Positions 22,071 to 33,004 of a stretch of 64,000 nt of DNA are shown here, one piece after another (within the stretch, counting starts at the first letter, position 1; every line of letters begins with the position of its first letter). A program made the position numbers and the translations under genes. The DNA comes from Lautropia sp. SCN 69-89 (lineage in GTDB: Bacteria; Pseudomonadota; Gammaproteobacteria; Burkholderiales; Burkholderiaceae_E): positions 27,703-91,702 of the forward strand of contig MEED01000018.1 of NCBI GenBank assembly GCA_001724855.1. Direction: 5' to 3'. The notes under the pieces were generated by a model. It saw only the letters and a program-made list of their open reading frames with translations. It did no database searches and was not told the origin of the DNA.

Positions 22071-22939
22071 TCGGGCGCGCCCGCCGCCGCGGGTCGCTTG
22101 TAGCGGTTGTAGCCCCACAGGTACTGGGACGGAAAGCGCCGGATCAGCGCCTCCATCCGCGCGTTCAGCGCCTCGGGAGTGGGAGGTTCGTCCATTCGTT
22201 CGAGATGCAGGCGCCAGCCGCGGGCGCCGCCGAGCCGCTCGCCGACCGCCAGCACCACCTGTGCGCCGGGCTGCTCGGCCAGCCGCTGCGGCAGTGTCAT
22301 CGTCCAGGCGGGCCGGCCGAAGAACGGCACCCAGCGGCCCTCGCCCGCTCCGGGGACCTGGTCGGGCAGCAGGCCCACCGCTTCCCCGGCGCGCAGCGCG
22401 CGCAGCATCGCCCGCACGCCGGCGAGCGTCGCCGGCACCGCGCGCATCGAGCCGGTCGCGCGCGAGAACTCGACCAGCGGGCGCATCCAGGCCTTCCTGG
22501 GGGGCTTGTAGAGCACGGTGATCGGCGCGCGGCTGGCATAGAAGCGCGCGGTGACCTCGAAGGCGCCCAGGTGCGGCGTGAGGAACACGATTCCGCCGCG
22601 CGCCTCGGCGGCGTCGAGGATCTGCAGGTCGTCGCAGACGACGTGCCGGGCCAGATCGGCCGGCGCGCGACGCCAGACGAAGGGCAGTTCGCCGACCATC
22701 CGCCCGGCCTCGGCCGCGGCGCTCCAGGCGTCGGCCGTCGAGTCATAGCCGGCAGTGCGCAGGTTCGCGAGGAGCTTGCGCCGATAGCCGGCCGACAGCA
22801 GGTACGCCGCGAGACCGAGCGCCGCACCGAATGCTCGCAGAAACCGGAGCGGCAAGGCGCCCAGCATCCGCATGGCCGCGACCAGCGCGCGGCTGCTCGA
22901 GCTGTCAGGCTGGTCTGGGCGTACGGATTCCACGGACAT
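22067..22939 (-). CDS. Second lipid A/lysophospholipid acyltransferase (LpxL-like)
   Basis: PHLGAFE, LPDQVP, VPFFG, PSQYLWGYNRYK. Confidence 0.9.
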   Translation of the reverse strand: MSVESVRPDQPDSSSSRALVAAMRMLGALPLRFLRAFGAALGLAAYLLSAGYRRKLLANLRTAGYDSTADAWSAAAEAGRMVGELPFVWRRAPADLARHVVCDDLQILDAAEARGGIVFLTPHLGAFEVTARFYASRAPITVLYKPPRKAWMRPLVEFSRATGSMRAVPATLAGVRAMLRALRAGEAVGLLPDQVPGAGEGRWVPFFGRPAWTMTLPQRLAEQPGAQVVLAVGERLGGARGWRLHLERMDEPPTPEALNARMEALIRRFPSQYLWGYNRYKRPAAAGAPD

Positions 22940-23064
22940 CGGTTCTCGGCCAGGCGCGGCCCCGCTCCGGACGGGTCGGCGCGGATGCGCGGGGGCGCGG
23001 CGCGAGTCTATGCGATCCGGGAAAGTTCGACATCAGGGTCGCCCGCGCAGCGAAAACCGGACTA

Positions 23065-23070
23065 TATAAT
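23065..23070 (+). promoter_or_regulatory. Sigma70 -10 box (TATAAT) upstream of metK
   Basis: Exact consensus hexamer about 80 nt before metK in GC-rich DNA; no canonical -35 seen. Confidence 0.6.
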
Positions 23071-23147
23071 CCGGTCGCCCCCCTCTTTCGCGGCGGGGTG
23101 GTCCCGTTGGCCTGCGTCCCCGCGGTCGCCCTGACAGGAGAGAAGAG

Positions 23148-24311
23148 TTGGCAAACGAATTTCTGTTCACCTCCGAATCGGTCTCCGAGGGCCACCCGGA
23201 CAAGGTCGCCGACCAGATCTCGGACGCCATCCTCGACGCCATCCTCGCGCAGGATCCACGTTCGCGGGTGGCGGCCGAAACGCTGTGCAACACCGGACTG
23301 GTGGTGCTGGCCGGCGAGATCACCAGCAAGGCCAACGTCGACTACATCCACGTCGCGCGCGACACGCTCAAGCGCATCGGCTACGACAACACCGAATACG
23401 GCATCGACTACAAGGGCTGCGCGGTGCTGGTCGCCTACGACAAGCAGTCGCCCGACATCGCGCAAGGCGTCGACAAGGCCGGCGACGACAACCTCGACCA
23501 GGGTGCCGGCGACCAGGGGCTGATGTTCGGCTATGCCTGCGACGAGACGCCCGACCTGATGCCGGCCGCGATCTACTACGCGCACCGGCTCGTCGAGCGC
23601 CAGTCCGAGTTGCGCCGCAACGGCACGCTGCCCTGGCTGCGGCCCGACGCCAAGTCGCAGGTCACGCTGCGCTACGCCGACGGACGGCCGGTGGCCGCCG
23701 ACACCGTCGTCATCTCGACGCAGCACGCTCCCGAGATGACCCAGCAGCAGATCCGCGACGCGGTCATCGAGCACATCATCGAACCGGTGATCCCGCCCGG
23801 GCTGCGCAAGGGCGAGGTGCGCTACCTGGTCAACCCCACCGGCCGCTTCGTGGTCGGCGGGCCGCAGGGCGACTGCGGCCTCACCGGGCGCAAGATCATC
23901 GTCGACACCTACGGCGGCGCCGCTCCCCACGGCGGCGGCGCGTTCTCGGGCAAGGATCCTTCGAAGGTCGACCGCTCGGCCGCCTACGCCGCCCGCTACG
24001 TCGCCAAGAACATCGTCGCGGCCGGGCTGGCCAGCAAGTGCCTGGTACAGATCTCGTATGCGATCGGCATCGCGCGTCCGACCTCGGTGATGGTCACCAC
24101 GCAGGGCACCGGGCGCATCAGCGACGAGAAGCTGGCCGCGCTCGTCTCGAAACACTTCGACCTGCGGCCCAAGGGCATCGTGCAGATGCTGGACCTGCTG
24201 CGCCCGATCTACCAGAAGACCGCGTCCTACGGCCATTTCGGCCGCGACGATCCCGACTTCACCTGGGAGCGCACCGACAAGGCCGCTGCCCTGCGCGCCG
24301 ACGCGGGCTGA
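23148..24311 (+). CDS. metK: S-adenosylmethionine synthetase
   Basis: [34 protein letters not shown]. Confidence 0.99.
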   Translation: MANEFLFTSESVSEGHPDKVADQISDAILDAILAQDPRSRVAAETLCNTGLVVLAGEITSKANVDYIHVARDTLKRIGYDNTEYGIDYKGCAVLVAYDKQSPDIAQGVDKAGDDNLDQGAGDQGLMFGYACDETPDLMPAAIYYAHRLVERQSELRRNGTLPWLRPDAKSQVTLRYADGRPVAADTVVISTQHAPEMTQQQIRDAVIEHIIEPVIPPGLRKGEVRYLVNPTGRFVVGGPQGDCGLTGRKIIVDTYGGAAPHGGGAFSGKDPSKVDRSAAYAARYVAKNIVAAGLASKCLVQISYAIGIARPTSVMVTTQGTGRISDEKLAALVSKHFDLRPKGIVQMLDLLRPIYQKTASYGHFGRDDPDFTWERTDKAAALRADAG

Positions 24312-24472
24312 GCCTCGTCAACGCGCCGGGGCAGTCGGCAGCGAGCCGGGCCTGCGCCTTTGCTCGCGGAAACATTCTGTCCGGTGCACTTCGCGGATTG
24401 CGCCGGGCGCCGCTTGGGGAGCGGCTGACCGGGATCAACCCGCCCGGCGGCCGGTGCTGTTCCAATGCCGGC

Positions 24473-24928
24473 ATGTATCCGGTCCTGCATGCCGTCTCGC
24501 GCCTGATGGAGTGCCCGCGGCCCGACAACCGCGGGCTGTCGGCCGACGTCACCGAGGCCCTGGCCGGCGAGCCGCGACTGTCGATGGCCACGCGCCTGGG
24601 ACTGGTGGCGCTGGCCAGCCACATCGAGGCCGGCGATCCCGGCGAATGCGCGCGCCGCTGGCTGCGCTCGTTTCGCGCCACGCCCGAAAGCTCGCTGCAC
24701 CTGCGCGACCATCCGGGCGGCAGCCTGCGCGCGCGCGAGCTGCCCGATGGCTACCTGCCGGGGCTGCTCGAGACGCTGTCGCACGACGACGAGCTGCACG
24801 CGATCGAGATGCTGATCGTCTGCGCGCCGGCGCTGCGCGAGATGGCCGAGGCGCTGGCGCGCAAGCGCGATCCCTACGCGCTGCTGCCGGTGGCATTGCT
24901 CGAGTTGCTCGCGTCGCGGCTGCACTGA
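24473..24928 (+). CDS. Hypothetical protein (151 aa)
   Basis: Host-like GC3-rich codons filling the metK-pdxH gap; no family motif recognised. Confidence 0.55.
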   Translation: MYPVLHAVSRLMECPRPDNRGLSADVTEALAGEPRLSMATRLGLVALASHIEAGDPGECARRWLRSFRATPESSLHLRDHPGGSLRARELPDGYLPGLLETLSHDDELHAIEMLIVCAPALREMAEALARKRDPYALLPVALLELLASRLH

Positions 24929-24965
24929 TAACGCGCCCTGCCCGGGCACGTGGCGCGCCGCCCCC

Positions 24966-25604
24966 TCAGGGCGCGAGCCGCTGCCGCGCCCAGCCGCCGT
25001 CGGTGCCACGCCGGTAGGCGATCCGGTCGTGCAGCCTCGACGGACGCCCCTGCCAGAACTCCCAGTAGTCGGGCGCCAGCCGGAAGCCGCCCCAGTGCGG
25101 CGGGCGCGGCGGGTGCAGGCCGAACTTCAGCCCGAACTCGGCGGCGCGCGCCACCAGCGCGGCCCGCGAAGACAGCGGGCGGCTCTGCTCCGAGGCCCAG
25201 GCGCCGATCCGCGAGGCGAGCGGACGCGAGGCGTAATAGGCGTCGGACTCGGCCGCATCGACGCGCGCGACCTGCCCTTCGATGCGCACCACGCGCTCGA
25301 GCTCGACCCAGTGAAACTGCAGCGCGGCCACCGGATGGACCGCGAGCTCGCGCCCCTTGCGGCTCTCGTAGTTCGTGTACCAGACGATGCCGCGCGCGTC
25401 GAACTCCTTGATCAGCACCACCCGCGTCGAGGGCCGGCCGTTCTCGCCCACCGTCGCGACCGTCATCGCGTTGGGCTCGGGCAACTCCGCCTTCAGCGCC
25501 TGGTCGAACCAGACCCGGAACTGTTCGAGCGGGTCGGCGTGCGCGTGGCTCTCGTCGAGCTCGCCGCGCTCGTAGCTCTTGCGCAGATCCGCGATCCTGG
25601 ACAT
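24966..25604 (-). CDS. pdxH: Pyridoxamine 5'-phosphate oxidase
   Basis: [28 protein letters not shown]. Confidence 0.97.
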   Translation of the reverse strand: MSRIADLRKSYERGELDESHAHADPLEQFRVWFDQALKAELPEPNAMTVATVGENGRPSTRVVLIKEFDARGIVWYTNYESRKGRELAVHPVAALQFHWVELERVVRIEGQVARVDAAESDAYYASRPLASRIGAWASEQSRPLSSRAALVARAAEFGLKFGLHPPRPPHWGGFRLAPDYWEFWQGRPSRLHDRIAYRRGTDGGWARQRLAP

Positions 25605-25732
25605 GCGCCGAGTGTAGCGCGTCACCGGCGGCTCCCGGCAGGCGGCCGCCCGTCGGGCCGCGTGGAGCCGGGCACGCCGATTACGCTGCCACGGATGGAC
25701 CCGCTCAACGGGTCGCCACGGGGGATTTCAGT

Positions 25733-27314
25733 ATGGACAACGCCGCCGAAGCCGCCATCGTCGAGGATGCCGGCGAGCTTGCCTGCACGGTGCTCGACGA
25801 CGCCGGGGGCGAGCTGCAGCGCGTGGACACGCGGCGCCTGCTTGCGGGGATGTTCGTCGCCGGCCTCGACCGGCCGTGGTCCGATACGCCGCTGCCGCCC
25901 AAGGGCGTGCTGGTGCAGACCGATGAGGAGCTGCAGGCCATCCGCCGGTACTGCCAGTTCGTGATGGTCGATCCGGGCCGCTCCTCGGGCGAGCTGGCCG
26001 CAGCGATCCGCGCCGCGGCAGTCCTCTCCCGCGATCCGGCGTTCGGCGGTCACGACGAGGCTTCGAGCGGCCACGGCCCGGCTCCACACGGGAGCAACGG
26101 CGCCGCAGCGCCGCTGCGCGACGCGAGCCCCCGGCACCGCGTCACCGCGTCGAGCGGGATCCCCAAGCCCCGCGACGACGTGCATCCCGGCCGGGCCGCG
26201 CGCGCCGGGATCCTGCGCCTGGTGCGAGACGGCGAAGCGGCGCCTGGGCCGCGACCGCAGCGACTCGCCGGACGCGACTGCCGCGCATCATCGGGCCGCG
26301 CACGAGCGCCTGCGCGACGCCTGGGGCGAGACGATCGGAGCCTGCGATCACGGCGAAGGGGCGCCGATCCGCGAATCGATGACGCTGGTGCGGCCGGCGC
26401 ACGCCTGCCTGGTCGCGGCAAGCGATGCCGCCATCCGCCAGGTTCGCCAGGGCACCGCACTCGCGTTCGAGCCGCTCGCCGAGGCGGCCGATGCCTTCGC
26501 AGCGGCGGTCGCGGCGGCGCCGGACGCGATGCGCTGGGTGCAGGCCGTTCATGCGAACCACGCGGCGGCTCCGAACCCGGCGATCGCCGCAGCCACCTGC
26601 CTGGCCGAATTCGGCCGCGCGCTCGGCATGGACCGCGCGGCACTGCGCGACCTCGCGCTGATCGGCGTGCTCGGCGACATCGGCAAGGCGCTGCTGCCGC
26701 GCGAGGTGCTCGAGCATCCGGGCGTCCTCGCGCCGAGCCAGTACGCGTTGCTCAAGCAGCACGTCACGATCGGCCTGGACATCCTGTCGCGCGCCGGCAC
26801 GATCCCGCCCGCGGTCATGCGGGGAGTCGCCGAGCACCATGAACGGCTCGACGGCTCCGGTTACCCGAACGGATTGCGCGCCGGCGCGATCGGCCTGCAC
26901 GGACGGATGGCGGCGATCGCCGACAGCTTCGGTGCCATCACCGCGGCGCGCGCCTACGCGAACCCGCTGCCCGCCCAGGAGGCGCTGGCCGCGCTGTACG
27001 AGTGGTCGGGCTCGCTGTTCTGCCGCGACCTGGTCGAGCAGTTCGTTCTCGCCACCGGAGCGTTTCCGGTGGGCACGCTGGTCGAGTTGCAGACCGGCGA
27101 GGTGGCGGCGGTGGTCGGCCGGCGACCCGGAAGCCGGGTGCAGCCGAAACTGGTCGTGATGACCGGTGCGGACAAGGGCCCACCGTCCTCGCGCGGCGCG
27201 AACTCGCGGACGGCGGCGCAGGCCGGGCATGGCCACTCGGTAAGCATCGCCCGGGGGCTGCCCGCCGGAGCCTTCGGCCTGCGCCTGAGGGACTACTTCT
27301 CGGCGCAGACCTGA
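25733..27314 (+). pseudogene. DUF3391/HD-GYP protein split by a frameshift near 26230-26290
   Basis: N-terminal DUF3391-like part (GMFVAGLDRPWSDTP) is in the 25733 frame; HD-GYP part (HHERLDGSGYP, FPVGTLVEL) is in the 26379 frame; the intact paralog at 30771 shows both belong to one gene. Confidence 0.75.
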
Positions 27315-27326
27315 ACCCTGTCCGGC

Positions 27327-27332
27327 TATAAT
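27327..27332 (+). promoter_or_regulatory. Sigma70 -10 box (TATAAT) for the SAH riboswitch-ahcY transcript
   Basis: Consensus hexamer 8 nt upstream of the riboswitch. Confidence 0.7.
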
Positions 27333-27340
27333 TCGCGCGA

Positions 27341-27421
27341 TCCCGAGGAGCGCTGCAACGGGTTCCGGCATCGCCGGAGCCGCCAGGCTCGGGACTCTTC
27401 CCTCTGTTGCAACGGCGCTCG
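27341..27421 (+). ncRNA. SAH riboswitch
   Basis: CCGAGGAGCGCTGCAAC...CCAGGCTCGG...CAACGGCGCTC matches the SAH riboswitch consensus; sits in the ahcY-metF leader. Confidence 0.93.
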
Positions 27422-27508
27422 TTGAACCGTGACCCCCACGGCCGACGAGCGCGCGGCAGCACCGGCGCCCGCTGTGGCCCCGGCGGGTCGCCCTTTGATG
27501 GAGTGACC

Positions 27509-28930
<1,422 letters not shown>

Positions 28931-28991
28931 CGCGGAGCGCGGATCGCCGGCGGCCGCCGCGCCGCCGCGCGCCGCGGCCACACTCCCGATC

Positions 28992-29744
28992 ATGCGCGCC
29001 GATCAGCTTCTCGTCGCGCGCGGCCTGGCGGCATCACGGGCGCGCGCGCGCGAGCTGATCGAGGCCGGTGCGGTGCGGGCGCGCATCGGCGCGAGCGAGC
29101 AGGTGCTGCGCAAGGCCTCGCTCGATCTCGCCGACGACACGCCGCTGACGGTCGAGGCGGGCGCCGGGCTGCGCTATGCGTCGCGTGGCGGACTGAAGCT
29201 GGCCGGCGCGCTCGCGCGCGCCGGCGTCGACGCGCGCGGACTGACCTGCCTGGACCTCGGCCAGAGCACGGGGGGCTTCACCGACTGCCTGCTGCAGGCC
29301 GGGGCGCTGCGGGTGGTCGGCGTGGACGTCGGGCACGGCCAGCTGCGCGAGCCGCTGCGCCGCGATCCGAGGGTGCAGGCCTTCGAGGGCGTCAACGTGC
29401 GCGCGCTCGTGCCGGCGACGCTCGATGCAGCCTTCCCGCCCGCGGGCTTCGACCTGGTGGTGGCCGACCTCAGCTTCATCTCGCTCGCCCATGCGCTGGC
29501 GCCGGCGTTCGCGCTGGCGCGGCCCGCTGCGCGCCTGCTCGCTCTGGTCAAGCCGCAATTCGAGGTCGGGCCGGGCGGCGTCGATCGCCACGGCATCGTC
29601 CGCGATCCTGCCCTCTACGATGTCGTGCGGCGCAAGGTCTGCGACGCCGCCGCGGCCGCCGGCTGGGCGGTCGACGACTGGTTCGAAAGCCCGATCCGCG
29701 GCGGCGACGGCAACCGCGAATTCTTCCTGTACGCACGCAAATGA
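28992..29744 (+). CDS. tlyA: TlyA-family RNA methyltransferase
   Basis: S4 start MRADQLLV, YASRGGLKL, DLGQSTGGFTD, ADLSFISL, LVKPQFE, GDGNREF. Confidence 0.93.
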   Translation: MRADQLLVARGLAASRARARELIEAGAVRARIGASEQVLRKASLDLADDTPLTVEAGAGLRYASRGGLKLAGALARAGVDARGLTCLDLGQSTGGFTDCLLQAGALRVVGVDVGHGQLREPLRRDPRVQAFEGVNVRALVPATLDAAFPPAGFDLVVADLSFISLAHALAPAFALARPAARLLALVKPQFEVGPGGVDRHGIVRDPALYDVVRRKVCDAAAAAGWAVDDWFESPIRGGDGNREFFLYARK

Positions 29745-30589
29745 CGAATCCTTCCGATCCGGCCCTGAGCTTCGAGTTCTTCCCGCCCAATACCCCCGAC
29801 GGCGCCGCCCGGCTGCGCGAGGTACGTGCCCGGCTGGCCGCGTTCGCACCCGAGTTCTTCAGCGTCACCTACGGTGCGGGCGGCGCCACGCGCGAGAAGA
29901 CGCTCGCCACGGTGCTCGAGATCGCAGCCGAGGGGCGCACGGTGGCGCCGCACCTGTCGTGCGTCGGCGCCACGCGCGAGTCGGTGCGCGAACTGCTCAC
30001 GCTGTATCGCACGCACGGCATCCGGCGCCTGGTCGCGCTGCGCGGCGACGTGCCCTCGGGAATGCGTGAACCGGGCGACTTTCGCCACGCGAGCGACCTG
30101 GTCGCGTTCGTGCGCGCCGAGACCGCCGGCTGGTTCCGCCTCGAAGTGGCCGCCTACCCGGAGATGCACCCGCAGGCGCGCAGCCCGCGCGACGACCTCG
30201 AGGCATTCGCGATCAAGGTTCGCGCCGGCGCCGACTCGGCCATCACGCAGTACTTCTTCAATGCCGACGCGTACCTGCGCTTTCGCGACGACGCGCGCCG
30301 GCTCGGCGTCGACGTGCCGATCGTTCCCGGCATCATGCCGATCGGCAACTTCACCCAGCTGGCGCGCTTCTCCGACGCCTGCGGCGCGGAGATTCCGCGC
30401 TGGCTCCGGCTGCGGCTCGCCTCGTTCGGCGACGACATCGAAGCGATCCGCGACTTCGGCGCCGAAGTGGTCGCCGCGATGTGCCGGCGCCTGCTCGCCG
30501 AGGGCGTGCCGGGGCTGCACTTCTACACGCTGAACCAGAGCGCGGCCACCGCGCGGGTGCTCGAAGCGATCGGGCTCGCGCGCGGCTGA
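29741..30589 (+). CDS. metF: 5,10-methylenetetrahydrofolate reductase
   Basis: SFEFFPP, SVTYGAGG, ALRGD, AITQYFF, HFYTLN. Confidence 0.97.
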   Translation: MTNPSDPALSFEFFPPNTPDGAARLREVRARLAAFAPEFFSVTYGAGGATREKTLATVLEIAAEGRTVAPHLSCVGATRESVRELLTLYRTHGIRRLVALRGDVPSGMREPGDFRHASDLVAFVRAETAGWFRLEVAAYPEMHPQARSPRDDLEAFAIKVRAGADSAITQYFFNADAYLRFRDDARRLGVDVPIVPGIMPIGNFTQLARFSDACGAEIPRWLRLRLASFGDDIEAIRDFGAEVVAAMCRRLLAEGVPGLHFYTLNQSAATARVLEAIGLARG

Positions 30590-30770
30590 GCGCCGCCGCA
30601 GCAGCATCGTGCCGCCGATGGCGGCCCGGTGTCCGCTCGTCGGCTGCTGTTGCCGTGGCCGCGAAGCGCGCCGCGACGGCGTTGGTCGGGCGCGGCGGTC
30701 GTGGCTACCATGAACCCGACCCCCGAACCCGATTCCCGCGCGCCCGTCGGCGTGCCCGTCGCCTACCGAA

Positions 30771-32354
30771 ATGCCAGCCAGCCCGCAGCCACCCGGCGCC
30801 GTTCCGGCCACGCGCTACCAGATTCCGGCCGAGAGCCTGCAGTGCGGCATGTACGTGGCAGAGCTCGACCGGCCCTGGCTCGACACGCCGTTCCTGCTGC
30901 AGGGCTTTCGCGTGGACAGCCAGATCGAGCTGGACACGCTGCGCCGGTATTGCCGCTACGTGTACGTCGACCCCGAACTGTCCGATGTCGGCCTCGCCGA
31001 GGCGATCCGCAACGCCGAGCTGAGCGACCACCCGTTCGAGCGGCCATCCGAAGCCGGCCCGAACGGCCCGCTCCGCTTCGACACCGTGCTCGACGACCGC
31101 GGCCCGCGCCAGGAGCGTCCCCCGCGGCCGGTGCGCATCCGCTCCGACGTCAAGATCAGCAACCAGACCCGCGAGCGCTTCCGCCAGTTCATCAAGGCGA
31201 CCGCAGTGGCCGGCGACACGGCGGCCGCGCGCTCGTCGCGTCTCGGGCGCGCTGTCGGGTGGTTTCGCGGCCTGCTCGGCGACGACGCGGGCCTCGACGA
31301 GGCGCGTGCGTCGCTCGCGCAGGTGCGCGAGGCGATCCGCGCGCAGCTCGCGCCCGAGGAGCGGCTGCGCCGCTATGCCGATCGCGCGGCGGTCGCCGAC
31401 GAACTGCCGCGGGCGCGCGCAGCCTGGGCGAACGCGTCACGCCAGTTGCGTGCGATCGCCGCCTGCGTGCGCGAGCGTCGCGCGCACGACATGCTCGAGT
31501 TCGGCCGCGCGATCGACGAGGTCGTCGACAGCATGATCGACAATCCCGACGCGCTGATGTGGGTGGCGCGGCTCGACGAGGACGAACGCGACGCGAGCTC
31601 GCACGGACTGAAGGTTGCGCTGTACCTGGTCGCGCTCGGGCGCCACCTCGGGCTGCCGCGCCGCGAGCTCGCCCACCTGGCGGCAATCGGCATGCTCGCC
31701 GACGTCGGCAAGGCGCTGCTGCCTCAGGCCCTGCTCGACAAGCCGGGCATGCTCACGGCGGCCGAGCACAACGTGGTCAAGGAGCACGTGCGCCTCGGCC
31801 TCGAGGCGCTTCGCCGCGACATGCGCCTGCCGCGCGCGGTCGAGGAAGGCATCGCGCAACATCACGAGCGGCTCGACGGCACGGGCTACCCGAAGGGCCT
31901 CAGGGGCGACGAGATCGGCATTCATGGCCGCATGGCGGCGATCGCCGACAGCTTCGCCGCGCTGGTGGCGATTCGCGCCTACGCCAACGCGTCGGCGCCG
32001 CAGGACGCGCTGATGAACCTCTACGAGTGGGCCGGCACGTCGTTCGACGAAGCGCTGGTGGAGCAGTTCGTCCAGGCCGTCGGCCTGTTCCCGGTCGGCA
32101 GCCTGGTCGAGCTGTCCACCGGCGAAGTCGCGGTCGTGCTCGCCCACAACCGCGTACGGCGACTCGAGCCCCGCGTGATGGTGCTCGCCGGCCCCGACAA
32201 GGCGCCGACCGCAGCGCCGTTCGAGCGCGACCTGATGGCGACGACGAAGGATCGCGAATACGGCCAGGTGCGCATCGTGCGCGGGCTGGCCGACGGTGCC
32301 TACGGCCTGAGGCCCGCCGCGCAGCTCTGCGCCGCGCCGCTCACTGCCGCGTGA
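30771..32354 (+). CDS. DUF3391/HD-GYP domain protein with degenerate HD dyad
   Basis: GMYVAELDRPWLDTPF, MLADVGK (AD instead of HD), HHERLDGTGYP, FPVGSLVEL. Confidence 0.88.
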   Translation: MPASPQPPGAVPATRYQIPAESLQCGMYVAELDRPWLDTPFLLQGFRVDSQIELDTLRRYCRYVYVDPELSDVGLAEAIRNAELSDHPFERPSEAGPNGPLRFDTVLDDRGPRQERPPRPVRIRSDVKISNQTRERFRQFIKATAVAGDTAAARSSRLGRAVGWFRGLLGDDAGLDEARASLAQVREAIRAQLAPEERLRRYADRAAVADELPRARAAWANASRQLRAIAACVRERRAHDMLEFGRAIDEVVDSMIDNPDALMWVARLDEDERDASSHGLKVALYLVALGRHLGLPRRELAHLAAIGMLADVGKALLPQALLDKPGMLTAAEHNVVKEHVRLGLEALRRDMRLPRAVEEGIAQHHERLDGTGYPKGLRGDEIGIHGRMAAIADSFAALVAIRAYANASAPQDALMNLYEWAGTSFDEALVEQFVQAVGLFPVGSLVELSTGEVAVVLAHNRVRRLEPRVMVLAGPDKAPTAAPFERDLMATTKDREYGQVRIVRGLADGAYGLRPAAQLCAAPLTAA

Positions 32355-32955
32355 TCGTGCGTGTCTCGGTGACGATCGCCGTCATCGGCCGGTCGTGTCC
32401 GGCGGCGACGAAGCGGGCGAGCTCGCACGCATCGTAGGCGACGCCGATCGCCGGCAGCGCGCGCACGGCCAGCGTGCGGTCGTAGTGGCCGCCCCCGTAG
32501 CCGAGCCGGTAGCCGCGCAGGTCGAATCCGACGCACGGGACGATCAGCAACGTCGGCACCAGCAATTCGAACGGCTCGGGAAGCGCAATGCCGAAGGCCG
32601 CCGGACGCATCGTCGCCGCGGGCGTCCAGCGCCCGAATTCGAGCGCACCGCTGTCGGCAGCCACGCGCGGCAGCGCGATCGCATGCCCGGCGCGATGCCA
32701 GCCTGCCATCGACTCGCGCAGGTCTGGCTCGCCCCGAACGGGCCAGTAGACGCCGAGCGCCGCACGCTCGCCGGCCGGGCGCGTGGAGAGCCACGCTTCG
32801 AGCCGCGCGGCGATCGCCGCATCGGCCGCGCGGCGCGCCTGCGCGTCCATCGAGCGGCGCCGTGCGAGCAACGTGTTGCGCGCGTCGCGACGCGCGGCTT
32901 CGTCGGCGATGCTGCGTGTTATCCTCGGTTCCGGGTTTCGAGTCGTGTCGTTCAT
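32341..32955 (-). CDS. ygfA: 5-formyltetrahydrofolate cyclo-ligase
   Basis: YWPVRGEPD, VPCVGFD, RLGYGGGHYDRTL. Confidence 0.93.
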   Translation of the reverse strand: MNDTTRNPEPRITRSIADEAARRDARNTLLARRRSMDAQARRAADAAIAARLEAWLSTRPAGERAALGVYWPVRGEPDLRESMAGWHRAGHAIALPRVAADSGALEFGRWTPAATMRPAAFGIALPEPFELLVPTLLIVPCVGFDLRGYRLGYGGGHYDRTLAVRALPAIGVAYDACELARFVAAGHDRPMTAIVTETRTITRQ

Positions 32956-33004
32956 GCAGCGTTCGCTGCAACGATGTTTCGTGGTGCGTAGTGAGTTGCC
33001 GGCG

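Noticed and set aside
23071-23147. SAM riboswitch in the metK leader
   Set aside because: No SAM-I, SAM-II or SAM/SAH consensus recognisable by eye
26230-26290. Programmed ribosomal frameshift or phase-variable tract
   Set aside because: No slippery heptamer or long homopolymer/SSR at the switch region
32956-33004. 6S RNA upstream of ygfA
   Set aside because: Only about 50 nt separate ygfA from the divergent slt; no room for the RNA
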